Shown: positions 9,674 through 20,233, numbered from the stretch's first letter. The stretch is 37,596 bases of DNA from an uncultured Verrucomicrobiae bacterium (GCA_963769025.1 CAVYKI010000013.1:1-37596), one strand, 5' to 3'. Numbers and translations: made by a program. The notes: generated by a model not told the origin, from the letters alone.

Positions 9674-11482
9674 CTACTCCCAGCGCGAGTTCTTGCAGCC
9701 GGTGTAGGCGAGGAAGAGCCCGATGACGACATGCGCGACCAGCACCCAGACGCTCAGGAAACCGCTCGCGGGCTCGGTCTGTGCGATTTGCTTGATCGCG
9801 TCGTAATAGCGCGTGTTTTCCATCGAGCGGATGAAGCCGCTCCATCCGTAATAGCTCGCGATGAAGACCTGCGTGCCCGCCGCGAGGAACTTCGGAAGCG
9901 CGAGCACCGCGCCGCTGAGCGGGAGCTGGAAGCCGACGAGGTAGATGGAGAGCAGCGAGGATTGCTCGGCGGATTTCATCCACGAGGAAATGCCGAGGCA
10001 GACCGACGTGATGGCCGCATTCACGAGGAAGAGACTCGTGGCCTGCGCCGCGAAGTCGCCCTGGAAGCCGACGAACATGTTCACGAAGATCGTCATCCAC
10101 AGCGACTGCGCGAGCACGAGCGCGCCGAGGAAGGTCACCTTGCTCGCGACGTAGGCGAGCGGGCTGAGCCCGGCGAACTTCTCCTTTTCAAAAAGGTTCC
10201 GCTCGCCGGCGACTTCGCGCGCGGAGTTGTTCGAGCCCATCAGCGCGAGGAGGATCACCTGGAACATGATGAGCCCGCTGACGAGCGTGCCCGTGTTCGC
10301 GATTTGCCGGAGCGCGACGGCTTCCTGCCGCGCGCGTTCGAGGAGATTTGCGCCGCCGTCGGCGACGAGGCCCTTCACCTGCGGCAGGCCGTCGAGGGCG
10401 AAGATCACCACGAGGCACGGAAAGCCGAAGAGCAGCGCGAGCTGGAGGATCACCTGCCCGCGATCGCGGAAGAAAAGCGTCCACCGCCGCGCGAGCAGCA
10501 CTCCGAACTGCGTGAAGACACCCGGCACGATCGCCACCTGCCTTTTCACCTCGCCGGCCGCGGCCACGCCCTTGCCGGCGGACTTGTCCTGCTCCTCGAC
10601 GATCCTGCGCAGCCGCGCGAGTTCCTCCTCCTCGCTCGGCGCGGGCTTTTCCGCCGCGGGATCCGCGGGCGCGGTGATCGCCGGGAGCCTGCTCTGCTCG
10701 TAGTACGACGCGCGGTACTTCTCCCACGAGCGGTGCCATTCGCCGGCCTTCCGCTGCGCGAGGCGCGGGTAGAGGTCCGTCGGGTTCGTGATGCCGAAGT
10801 AGTGCGCGAGGAATTGCGGCCCGCCGTGATACACGAGGTGGCCCTGGTAAAGGACGATCACGCTGTCGTACATCGTGACGTGCTGCAGGCTGTGCGTGAC
10901 GCTCAGCACGATGCGCTGGTCGCTCCGCGAAAGGTCGTGCATGAGGTGGACGATCTCGTCCTCGCTCTTCGGATCGAGCCCGCTCGTCACCTCGTCGCAG
11001 AGCAGCAGGGAAGGGGAGCTCACCATCTCCATCGCCATCGCGAGCCGCCGCTTTTGCCCGCCCGAGAGCAGCTTCACGCGCCGGTCGCGGATCTCGGTGA
11101 GGCCGGTGTCGGCGAGCACCTTGTCGATGCGCCCGTCGAGCTGCTCCGCGCTCTGGTCGGCGACGCGCAGCCGCAGCGCACCCTCCACGCATTCGTCCAC
11201 CGTGAGCAGCTCGTGCGCGATGCTGAATTGCGGCACGTAGCCGATCTCGTGCGGGTCGAGATCGTCCTCGGCGACCACGTCGCGCCCCTGCCAGTGAATC
11301 ACGCCCGCCGTGTGTTCCCTGATGCCCGCGACGACCTTGAGCAGCGTGCTCTTCCCGCAGCCCGACGGCCCGATGATCGCCGCGAAGTGCCCGTGCGGAA
11401 GATGCGCCGTGATTTGCGAGAGGAGGAACTGCTCCTCCCCGGCGCTGTGGATGGAAAGCGAGACGTCTTTGAGTTCGAGCAC
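9674..11482 (-). CDS. ABC transporter ATP-binding/ABC-2 permease fusion (ABCG-like architecture)
   Basis: Walker A GPSGCGKST, signature LSGGQ, Walker B LLLCDE, H-loop SVTH, C-terminal multi-TM domain. Start inferred at GTG of VLELKDV. Confidence 0.9.
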   Translation of the reverse strand: MLELKDVSLSIHSAGEEQFLLSQITAHLPHGHFAAIIGPSGCGKSTLLKVVAGIREHTAGVIHWQGRDVVAEDDLDPHEIGYVPQFSIAHELLTVDECVEGALRLRVADQSAEQLDGRIDKVLADTGLTEIRDRRVKLLSGGQKRRLAMAMEMVSSPSLLLCDEVTSGLDPKSEDEIVHLMHDLSRSDQRIVLSVTHSLQHVTMYDSVIVLYQGHLVYHGGPQFLAHYFGITNPTDLYPRLAQRKAGEWHRSWEKYRASYYEQSRLPAITAPADPAAEKPAPSEEEELARLRRIVEEQDKSAGKGVAAAGEVKRQVAIVPGVFTQFGVLLARRWTLFFRDRGQVILQLALLFGFPCLVVIFALDGLPQVKGLVADGGANLLERARQEAVALRQIANTGTLVSGLIMFQVILLALMGSNNSAREVAGERNLFEKEKFAGLSPLAYVASKVTFLGALVLAQSLWMTIFVNMFVGFQGDFAAQATSLFLVNAAITSVCLGISSWMKSAEQSSLLSIYLVGFQLPLSGAVLALPKFLAAGTQVFIASYYGWSGFIRSMENTRYYDAIKQIAQTEPASGFLSVWVLVAHVVIGLFLAYTGCKNSRWE

Positions 11483-11586
11483 TGGTCGGGAGGGGTTCGG
11501 GTCTGGTCGGGGGAGAAATCGCGCGCTGCCAAATGCGCAAAACGTGCTTCCTTTGCAAGCCACCCTCGTTCATTTCGCATCCCGCC

Positions 11587-12960
11587 ATGCCCCTCCGCAC
11601 GAGCAACCGTTCCGCATCCGCCCGCTGGCTGAAGGTCCTCGCGTGGACCGGCGGCATCCTCCTGGTGCTCGCGCTGGTCGGCGTGATGGCGGTGAAGGGC
11701 TGGGTGAATTCCTACCTGCGCAGCCCCGAGTTCCGGAAACAGATCCGCGAGCGCACCGCCGAGCACCTCCAGGCGCAGGTGGACATCGCGCCCATCCGCA
11801 TCGACACCTCGGAATTCTACTGCGACGGGCTGCAGGGCGACGGCGCGCGCGACGCGAAATTTTCCGACATCAAGGTCGAGAACGTCCGCGGCGAGTTCCG
11901 GCTGCCGAGCGTCTGGCGGATGATTTTCGGCGACAAAAAATTCCGCGTCGAGAGCGTGGACGTGCAGCGCGTGGACGTGAACTTCTTCGAGAACCGCCTC
12001 CCGCTCACGATTCCTCGCCCGGAGAAACGCGGCAAGATGACGGCCATCGGGCGCATCGCCGTGCGCGAGCTGCGCTTCGCGTGGGAGGGCGGCGCCGTGA
12101 CCGGGCTCGGCGTCGTCGGCAAGCCCGTCGAGGGCGGATGGCAGATCACCGGCGACGGCGGCCGCGCCAAGCAGGAGGGGCTGCCGGACATGGACATCGT
12201 CGCGCTGCGCGTCGTCCACAAGGAGCCGTCGCTTTTCGTCCAGGACGCGCGGCTGCGCTCCGAGGGCGGCGAGATCAGCGTCACCGGCGAGGTCACGGAA
12301 AAGGAGAAGGTCGATCTGCAGTTCAAGGTCGCCGGGATGAACGTCACGCCGCTGCTTCCCGAGGACTGGCGCGCACGGCTGCACGGCCGCGTGAATGGCG
12401 ACGGCCGCGTGCAGATTTCGCTGCGCGACGGGCCATCCTCGGCGCCCGTCATCAGCGGCCACGCCGAGCTCGCGCAGGGCGTCCTCGAGACCCTGCCCGT
12501 GCTGAACAAGATCGCCGACTTCACGAAGACCGACCGCTTCCGCCGCCTCGTGCTGAACCAGGTCCGCGGCGACTACCGCTACGACCGCGACGGCCTGCAC
12601 ATCACGAATCTCGTCGTGGAAAGCGAACGCCTCATTTTGGTGAAAGGCGCCTTCACCGTCCGCAACGGCGAGATCGACGGCACGTTCGAACTCGGCATCA
12701 CGCCCGGCCCGCTGCAATGGCTCCCCGGCTCGCAGGAAAAGGTCTTCAGCGCCGTCCGCGACGGCTACGCGTGGACCACCATGCGCGTCATCGGCCCCGT
12801 GCGTTCCCCGCGCGAGGATCTCTCCGCCCGCCTCTTCGCCGCCGCACAGGGTGCCGTCATCGAGAAAGTCGAATCCACCGCCACCCAGGCCGTCGGCGGC
12901 GCCGTGGACACCGTGAAAAAAGGAGCGACCGGCGTCCTCGACCTGCTGTTCGGGAACTGA
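11587..12960 (+). CDS. AsmA-like membrane-anchored beta-rich protein
   Basis: N-terminal TM helix followed by repetitive amphipathic beta strands. C-terminal motif ...VIGPVRSPREDL resembles AsmA-like C-termini. Confidence 0.6.
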   Translation: MPLRTSNRSASARWLKVLAWTGGILLVLALVGVMAVKGWVNSYLRSPEFRKQIRERTAEHLQAQVDIAPIRIDTSEFYCDGLQGDGARDAKFSDIKVENVRGEFRLPSVWRMIFGDKKFRVESVDVQRVDVNFFENRLPLTIPRPEKRGKMTAIGRIAVRELRFAWEGGAVTGLGVVGKPVEGGWQITGDGGRAKQEGLPDMDIVALRVVHKEPSLFVQDARLRSEGGEISVTGEVTEKEKVDLQFKVAGMNVTPLLPEDWRARLHGRVNGDGRVQISLRDGPSSAPVISGHAELAQGVLETLPVLNKIADFTKTDRFRRLVLNQVRGDYRYDRDGLHITNLVVESERLILVKGAFTVRNGEIDGTFELGITPGPLQWLPGSQEKVFSAVRDGYAWTTMRVIGPVRSPREDLSARLFAAAQGAVIEKVESTATQAVGGAVDTVKKGATGVLDLLFGN

Positions 12961-12969
12961 CGGCGGAGC

Positions 12970-13104
12970 CCCTGGACTGCGGCGGCTCGCCGCCGCTTTG
13001 TGGTCGGCGAGCCTTGACGAGTGCGGCGGGGTATCGAATCGACACCGGCCCATTCTCGGCAAGCCTCGAAGGCCAAAGCGGCAGCAAGCTGCCGCAGTCC
13101 AGGG
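12970..13104. repeat. GGAC-family composite REP element (REPIN-like), copy 1, reverse orientation
   Basis: CCCTGGACTGCGGCGGCTCGCCGCCGCTTT ... AAAGCGGCAGCAAGCTGCCGCAGTCCAGGG terminal inverted hairpins. Confidence 0.9.
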
Positions 13105-13221
13105 AGGCCAACCCGAAGCCTCGCTCGCGTCGAATGAGGGGTTGAGATGACGCGGTCGGCACTGCACTTCGCAGTTTCCATCCCGGTGGCCCGCCCCTAG
13201 CTTCCCGCGCTTCCCGCCGCA

Positions 13222-14539
13222 ATGCCCGACGAACCCATCACCGCCGCCCCCGCACCTCCCGAGGTCTCGCGGCTCCGGCGGTGGGCCGGGCGGCTGACGG
13301 CGTTTTTTGTCGGGCAGGGGCTGGTGCAGGTGTTGAATCTCGCGACCGGCTTCCTGCTGGTGCGCTGGCTGACGGTGAACGACTACGCGGTGTACAGCCT
13401 CGTGACGGGATTTCAGGGAACGGTGGGCGTGCTGGTGGAACTCGGGCTCGGCAGTTCCATCGTCGCGCTGCTCGCGGGAAGGACGGAGCCGCAGGTGGTC
13501 GGCGGCTACATCCGCTCCACGCGACATTACCGGAACCGTTTTTTTCTGATCCTTCTCCCGGTCATCCTCGTGGCGTTCCCGGTGCTCACCTTCCGGCAGG
13601 GATGGGGAATGGCGCTCACCGCCGGTCTGCTCGGCGCGATTCTCGTGAGCCTGTATTTTCAAAGCTGGGCCAGCTACTACTCGGTCCCGCTTTTGATCCA
13701 TCAGGACCTCGCGCTGTACTACCGCACGCCGACCCTCCTGAGCGCCGCCCGGCTTGCGATCAGCGCTTGTCCTTTACCTCGTCACGCTGCTCACCGCGAT
13801 GGCCTCGGTCTGGCTCAGCGCGCTTTACACCGTCGCGCAGGGATGGTTCTACCGCCGGCACGCGGCCCGGCACATCGAGGAGCCGCGCGAGAGCGATCCG
13901 GCAAAGAACCGCGAGGTCCTGCGCTACATCCGCCCGCTGATGCCGAGCACCATCTTCTTCGCGCTGCAGGGGCAGATCAGCATCTACCTCATCTCGTGGT
14001 TTGGGAAAGGGCACAGCATCGCGGAGGTCGGTGCGCTCGGGCGCATCGGCCAGTTGTTCGTCATGCTCGCGGCGTTCAATGGCGTCATCATCGCGCCGGC
14101 CATCGCACGCATTTCGCGGCTGCTGCTGCTCCGCCGGTATTGCCAGGTGGTTGCGGGCTCGTTGCTGATTTCCGGCGTCCTCATCGGAAGCGCGCTCGTT
14201 TTTCCAGGTGTCTATCTCTGGCTGCTCGGCCCCAAGTACGAGCACCTGCGCGGCGAACTCGCGTGGATGATGACCTCCTCCTGCATCGGCTACGTCACCG
14301 GCGTGATGTTCACGATGCACAGCGCGCGGAAGTGGATTTTCACATGGGGCGTCTGGACCTACATCGGCTCCGTCCTCGCGACGCAAATCATCGGGTTCGC
14401 ATTGATGGACCTCAGCACGACCCGGAGCGTCATCGTCTTTTCCGTCTTCAGTTCGCTCGCGACGCTGCTCGTCCAGGTGGCGTGGGGGATCGTGCGGCTT
14501 TTCGACCAAGGAGCAAGGCGATGCCGCATGAGCGAATGA
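13222..14539 (+). CDS. Wzx-like polysaccharide flippase (frameshift near 13765)
   Basis: About 12 hydrophobic segments across ORFs 13222 and 13754. N-terminal FLLVRWL...YAVYSL pattern. First gene of the polysaccharide locus. Confidence 0.75.
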
Positions 14540-15534
14540 AACTTCAGTGCCGCCAGACCGGCGCGAATGTCTGCACCGGCTGCGGAAGCCGATTACGTGA
14601 AGCCGTCCCGGGCATCGGCAAAGCGTCTGTGACGCGCCGGGACGCGCTCGGCGTGTTCCGGCAGAACGAATCATCGCATCCTGCGCTGTGCGGATTGCGG
14701 GCTCGTTTTCAAGGATTCAATCCTGACCGAGGAGCAATGTCTCGCGTTACTACGGCGACTTGCGAGTTTTCGACCTGGGAGGCATCCGAGACGTATCCGA
14801 CGTCGAGCGCCCGGTCCTCCGGGTTCTCCAAACGCTGCCGCCGGGGAGCAAGGTGCTCGACTTCGGATGCAGCACCGGACGTCTGCTGGCGCAGGCACCG
14901 CGCGGGCTCGAACTCCACGTCTTTGAAATCAACCAGGAGGCTGCGGCGAAGGGGGCCGCGCGAGGCATCCGCATGGTGGGGAAATGGGATGACCTGGCCG
15001 CGCACGCAGGCTCGGTGGATGCGCTGCGTGATGATGGACGTCTTTGAGCACATCGAGAAGCCGACGGGGCTCCTCGAAGCCCTGCTTCGCCGTCGTGAGA
15101 ACCCGGCGGCTCGCTCGTGATCGCCACTGGCAATGCCGACAGCCGCGCGTGCCGCGTGGACCTGCCGAACTTCTGGTACTTCCGCAACATCCAGCACGTC
15201 GCGATGCTGACGCGGAAGTATTGCGAGTTCGCCGCGCGCAAGTTTGGGCTTCGCATCGCACAGTGGCATGAGTGTAGTCACTACGATGTCGGCCTTCTCC
15301 ACAAGGCCGCCCGAACACCTCCGCCACTCGATCTACTCTTGTCTCCATCAATCGCCGGACTCTCTCGCTGCCCAACTGCTGCGCAATCTTCCCGGACTGC
15401 GGCGCTGCGCGGAGTGGAAAATCCCGCCGCCTTTCACGGCATCGAAGGATCACGTCGTGGTCATCTTCGAGAAAGCTTGGGACCCCCAACTCGGCCTTCC
15501 GCCTGAGCCTGTGACGATTTTCCGCGCACCATGA
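14521..15534 (+). CDS. Class I SAM-dependent methyltransferase with N-terminal CxxC...CxxC zinc ribbon (several frameshifts)
   Basis: CTGCG and RCADCGLVF cysteine pairs, motif [10 protein letters not shown], and [11 protein letters not shown], spread over several frames. Confidence 0.7.
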
Positions 15535-16588
15535 AAAAGCTCCTCGTCACCGGCTCGTCCGGGCTCATCGGCTCCGAAGTCTGCGTCCACTTTGCGAAGC
15601 TCGGCTGGCAGATCCACGGCGTGGACAACAACCAGCGCGCGGCGTTCTTCGGGCCGCAGGGCGACACGCGCTGGAACCAGCGCCGGCTGGAGGAGAGCGT
15701 CCCGGGATTCGCGCATCACGAACTCGACATCCGCGACCGCGCAGGCGTCCTCGAACTGCTCCGGACGGTGCGGCCCGATGCGATCGTCCACACCGCCGCG
15801 CAGCCGAGCCACGACCGCGCGGCGGCGATTCCGTTCGACGACTTCGACACCAACGCCGTCGGCACGCTGAACCTGCTCGAAGCCACGCGGCAGGCATGCC
15901 CGGAGTCGCCGTTCGTCCACATGTCCACGAACAAGGTGTACGGCGACGCGCCGAACGAGATCGCGCTGCGCGAGCTCGACACGCGCTGGGACTACGCCGA
16001 CCGCGCGTTACGACCGACGGCATCCGCGAGGACTTCCGCATCGACCAGTCGAAGCACTCGCTCTTCGGCGCGTCGAAGGTCGCCGCCGACATCATGGTGC
16101 AGGAATACGGCCGCTACTTCGGCATGCACGACCTGCTGCCTGCGCGGCGGCTGCCTCACCGGGCCGAACCACTCCGGCGTGCGAGCTGCACGGCTTCCTG
16201 AGCTACCTCGTGCAGTGCAATCTCGAAGGCCGGCGCTACACGGTCTTCGGCTACAAGGGCAAGCAGGTGCGCGACAACATCCACTCGTTCGACGTCGCGC
16301 AGTTCATCGAGGCGTTCATCGCGGCCCCGCGCAGCGGCGAGGTCTACAATCTCGGCGGCGGACGCGGCAACAGCTGCTCCATCCTCGAGGCGTTCGCGCT
16401 CGTCGGAGTCCATCACCGGCAAGAAGATGGACTACGACTACGTGGACAAGAACCGCGAAGGCGACCACATCTGCTACATCAGCGACCTCTCGAAGATGAA
16501 GGCGCACTACCCCGCGTGGTCCATCACCAAGAGCCTCGCGGACATCTTCACGGAAACCTGCGAGAGCTGGAAACAGCGCGGCGTCTGA
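15531..16588 (+). CDS. NAD-dependent epimerase/dehydratase (extended SDR, CDP-tyvelose-epimerase-like), frameshifted
   Basis: [11 protein letters not shown]ossmann motif, [43 protein letters not shown]. Confidence 0.85.
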
Positions 16589-16592
16589 GCGG

Positions 16593-17793
16593 ATGCACGT
16601 CGTCTTTCTCCAGCCGTTTGGAATCAGCGCACCGGGCGGCGGATCGCGCATCTTGCGCGCGTTGCTGAAGGACGCGCCGGTGCCGTGGACGAGCATCTGC
16701 TCGTCGCCGGAGGCGCCGCCCCGGGCGGCATTCGGCGAGGAGATCCATCTTCCCACCCGTCCGCGGTTTCGGAAGGCTGGAGCGGACGCGGTTCAGTGGG
16801 TGGTGCAACCGGGTCGAGCCGTTTTTTGCGCGCGGGTTTGAGCGGAAGCTCGACGCCGCGTGCCGGCGACTCGGCGCAACCGCGATCCATTCGATTCCCC
16901 ACGGACTCGACTTCGTGCCACGGCTACAAGGTTGCCCGCCGGCTGGGGCTGAAGTTTTTCTTCAACGTCCACGACGATGTCACTTTGTCTGTCGGAAGAC
17001 ACCCCGCCGGGCGGGCGGGCATGGAGGCAATGCCGGAAATCTGGCGTGAGGCCGACGCACGCTTCGTCATTTCGGAGCAGCTCGGGCGCGAGTACGACAG
17101 GCGGTACGGCACGCGGGAATACGAAGGTGATCACCGACGGGCTGGAACGGCTTTCAGAGCCGCGTCCGCGCGAGCCCGGCAAGCTGCGCATCTATTTCAT
17201 GGGGCTCTTCCATATCCGCTACGAGCCGAACCTCTCCGCGCTCCTCGAGCGCGATGGAGATCCTGCGGGCGGAGAATCCGGGCGTGGAGATCTCCGCAAC
17301 GCTTCGCTGCGGCGGCATCCGGCAATCAGTGCTGTCAGGGTTCACGGGAGTCCGTGTCCTGCCATTCGGGAGCGAGGCCGATGTCGAGGCGGACATGCAT
17401 GATGCAGATCTGCTCTACATGCCGCTTCCGTTTGGCGCGGAGGATGCTTGCTTCGTGCGCTACAGTCTTTCGACGAAGATGATCACCTACCTCGGCAGCG
17501 GCATCCCGATCCTCTACCATGGGCCCCGTGAAGCCGCCGCGTGGGAATTGCTTTCGGAAAACGCGGCCGCATTCACCTCGGACAGTCCCGACCCGGAGTC
17601 GGTGGCCGCCACGCTTCGCGAGGCGATTGCAAACCCGGCAAGTGCAGGTGCGCGCGTCGCGGGTGCTCTGGGGCTCGCGCGGCGGCGATTCGTGATTGAA
17701 GATCAGCGGCGGGAGTTCTGGGGCACTATCCAGGGGAGCGAGAGCGCGGCCCAACCGGCTGTTGGCGCGGGCACGGGAGGAACCTCATCATGA
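16593..17793 (+). CDS. Putative glycosyltransferase (GT-B fold), several frameshifts
   Basis: N-terminal PGGGSRIL, plus [16 protein letters not shown] and [18 protein letters not shown], which are GT4-like C-terminal motifs. Confidence 0.65.
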
Positions 17794-18335
17794 GTGCTCT
17801 CTTCCGTCGCGTACGGGGCGAGGCGCTTCTCTACGTCTGCAATCGCATTGTTTCGCGCATTCCAAGCCACCGGTTGCGGCTATTCTTCTACCGACGTGTG
17901 ATGCATTTCGAAATCGGGCATCACACTTACATCTTCATGGATGCGTGGTTCGATACGAGAGGCGGGCTGAAGATGGGCAATCACAGCGTGGTGAATCAGA
18001 AGTGTCGGCTCGACACGCGGGGCGGCATTGAGATCGGTGAAAACGTATCGATATCCGCGGAGGTGTGCATCCTTACGGCCGACCACGATCCCGCCAGCCC
18101 CGCCTTTGCCGGACGGAATCGCCCGGTGCATGTCCGCGACTACGCGTTCATCGGGACGCGGGCGATGATTTTGCAGGGCGTCACCATCGGAAAGGGTGCC
18201 GTGGTGGCAGCGGGAGCCGTGGTCACAAAGGACGTTGCGCCCTTTGAAATCGTCGCGGGATGCCCCGCCCGGAAGATCGGTTTGCGAAACTCGGAGCTCC
18301 TCTACGAGACTGATTATGGCCGCTTGTTTTGGTGA
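17790..18335 (+). CDS. Hexapeptide-repeat (LbH) O-acyltransferase
   Basis: IEIGENVSIS, GVTIGKGAVVAAGAVVTKDV, IVAGCPARKI. Confidence 0.9.
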   Translation: MSALFRRVRGEALLYVCNRIVSRIPSHRLRLFFYRRVMHFEIGHHTYIFMDAWFDTRGGLKMGNHSVVNQKCRLDTRGGIEIGENVSISAEVCILTADHDPASPAFAGRNRPVHVRDYAFIGTRAMILQGVTIGKGAVVAAGAVVTKDVAPFEIVAGCPARKIGLRNSELLYETDYGRLFW

Positions 18336-18390
18336 TTGATCCTGATGGGCCAGCCGCGTTTTCTGCCAGCGCCAATGCCATTTTCCAGCG

Positions 18391-19194
18391 ATGCACAAAC
18401 CTGAATACCGCGAAAGCTGGCCCGAATCATGGAAGCTCTCGCATCGGTATGACTTGGAAGAGGTGTTCGGCGAGGTGCGCTATTACGGCTATGTCTATGC
18501 CTACCAGCGCCGGATACGCGAGACGCTGGATCTGATTCAGCGCGTCGCGCGCCCGCCCGCGACGGTTCTCGACGTGGCGGCGGCGCAGGGAAACTTTTCG
18601 CTGCGCCTTGCGGAGATGGGCTACCGCGTCACATGGAACGACCTTCGCAGCGACCTCGCGGACTACGTGCGGCTGAAGCATGAACGCGGCGAAATCGAGT
18701 TTGCCCTTGGCAACGTGTTCGATCTCGGTTTCGAGGGGCATTTCGACTTCGTTCTCATCACGGAGATCATCGAGCACGTCGCTCATCCGGATGAGTTCCT
18801 GCAAAAGATCGGACGGCTTGTCAAACCGGGCGGCCATGTCGTGATGACCACCCCGAACGGGGGTTACTTCAGGAATTCACTGCCCAAATTTTCCGAATGT
18901 GCGGACCCGAGCCAGTTTGAAGCCGTGCAGTTCGGACCGAACGGCGAAGATCATATTTTTCTCCTCCATGTGGATGAAATCGCCGGCCTGGCCGCGAAGG
19001 CCGGTTTGGAGGTCGAGCAACTCCGCCTTTCCACGAATTTTCTGACACACGGGCATGTGAAGACAGAACGGCTTCTGAAGTTTCTTCCACGGTCATTGGT
19101 GGACTCGTTTGAGTGGCTTACAGAGGTGTTGCCGGGACCGTTGCGACGCAGGCTGCACACATCCATGGCGGTTCTGTTCAAGCGCCCTGTCTGA
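18391..19194 (+). CDS. Class I SAM-dependent methyltransferase (UbiG-like fold)
   Basis: VLDVAAAQG, FDFVLITEIIEHVAHP, LVKPGGHVVMTTPN. Confidence 0.88.
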   Translation: MHKPEYRESWPESWKLSHRYDLEEVFGEVRYYGYVYAYQRRIRETLDLIQRVARPPATVLDVAAAQGNFSLRLAEMGYRVTWNDLRSDLADYVRLKHERGEIEFALGNVFDLGFEGHFDFVLITEIIEHVAHPDEFLQKIGRLVKPGGHVVMTTPNGGYFRNSLPKFSECADPSQFEAVQFGPNGEDHIFLLHVDEIAGLAAKAGLEVEQLRLSTNFLTHGHVKTERLLKFLPRSLVDSFEWLTEVLPGPLRRRLHTSMAVLFKRPV

Positions 19195-19341
19195 CCTGTT
19201 CGCAAAATTGGGCGTGAAGGATGCCGCACCCGGATGAGGTCGTAACGAGTGTGCCGGAACAAATGCGCCCGAATTCCTGCGGAAGCACGGCTACAACGGT
19301 GCAGCGTTTGGGGACGAAGAGTGGCACGCGTGGGTCTGAGG

Positions 19342-19458
19342 CCCTGGACTGCGGCAGCTCGCTGCCGCTTTGGAGCGGCGAGCCTTGGCGAGTGCGGGGG
19401 TGCGGGGAGTCCGGCAGGTCACGTTCAAATGGGAATTCCCCGGCAAGCCGCGGTAACG
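19342..19458. repeat. GGAC-family composite REP, copy 2, truncated (second hairpin missing), reverse orientation
   Basis: Left hairpin, both internal boxes and the spacer are present. The sequence then switches to octamer repeats instead of AAAGCGGCAGCGAGCTGCCGCAGTCC. Confidence 0.85.
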
Positions 19459-19460
19459 CT

Positions 19461-19582
19461 CGGGCGGTCGGGCGGTCGGGCGGTCGGGCGGTCGGACGGT
19501 CCCACGGTCCCCACCGTCCCACCGTCCCACCGTCCCACCGTCCCACCGTCCCCACCGTCCCGCCGTCCCACCGTCCCACCGT
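19461..19582. repeat. Octamer tandem arrays in fold-back arrangement: (CGGRCGGT)5 then about 9-10 ACCGTCCC-like units
   Basis: Read directly from the sequence. The two arrays are near reverse complements of each other. Confidence 0.9.
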
Positions 19583-19591
19583 CTTCCCCGC

Positions 19592-20233
19592 CTAGCGCAC
19601 GAGCGCCGAGCGGAGCGTCTCCACGTACGCCGCGAACGCCATCAGCTCGGCCTGCGTGGGAGGGTCGCTGAAGCTCCCGCCGAAGGGCGCGATGCCGTTC
19701 GGATTCTGCGCGGTGCCCGCGATGGCACCGGCCAGTGCGGCATTCGTCACTTCGCCGGGCGGACCCTGGATGCCTTGCTCGCCCTGCGCGCCGCGCGGGA
19801 TGCCGAAGCTGAAGTGCACCGTGTTCCCGTCGAAGAAGACCGACACCGTCGCATTGTCCCCGGGATTCAGCGTGCCCACGCTGTCGATGGTCGCATTGGC
19901 AAAGGGCGGGCCTTGCGGGCCTTGCGGGCCTGGCGGCCTTCCGGGCCGGGGACGCCCTCGCTGCCTGCGGGATGCCAAAGGCAAATGGACATCCGTCCCG
20001 TCGAAGAACACCGACACCGTCGCCGCCCCACCCGCGGGCACCGTGGTCACCGCCTCCACCACCGCATTGGCAAACGGCGGTCCCTGCACCCCCGGCGCCC
20101 CCGGCAGTCCGGGTAACCCCGGCGGCCCGGCAGGTACGGCGTCGATGAGTTCCTTGAGCCCGTTGAGCTGACCGCGCATCTGCGCGGCATCCACGGGGGT
20201 GTTTTCCTGAGGGAGGGAGGGGTCGTAGGGCAT
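19592..20233 (-). CDS. Collagen-like (Gly-X-Y) protein with two repeated beta-rich modules
   Basis: Three GXY tracts separated by two copies of GPPFANA...ATVSVFFDG..VHF.FGIP.G. Short helical N- and C-terminal segments. Frame locally disturbed at about 19935-19990. Confidence 0.8.
   Translation of the reverse strand: MPYDPSLPQENTPVDAAQMRGQLNGLKELIDAVPAGPPGLPGLPGAPGVQGPPFANAVVEAVTTVPAGGAATVSVFFDGTDVHLPLASRRQRGRPRPGRPPGPQGPQGPPFANATIDSVGTLNPGDNATVSVFFDGNTVHFSFGIPRGAQGEQGIQGPPGEVTNAALAGAIAGTAQNPNGIAPFGGSFSDPPTQAELMAFAAYVETLRSALVR

Noticed and set aside
13105..13221. Promoter or ops/JUMPstart element ahead of the polysaccharide locus
   Set aside because: No GGCGGTAG ops motif or convincing -35/-10 pair could be identified by eye.
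9731..13701. Long alternative-frame and antisense ORFs (for example 9731..11632 +, 11299..13701 -, also 24740..27988 - and 33440..35614 -)
   Set aside because: Shadow ORFs expected in high-GC DNA. They are Arg/Ala/Pro-rich, lack motifs, and overlap well-supported genes.
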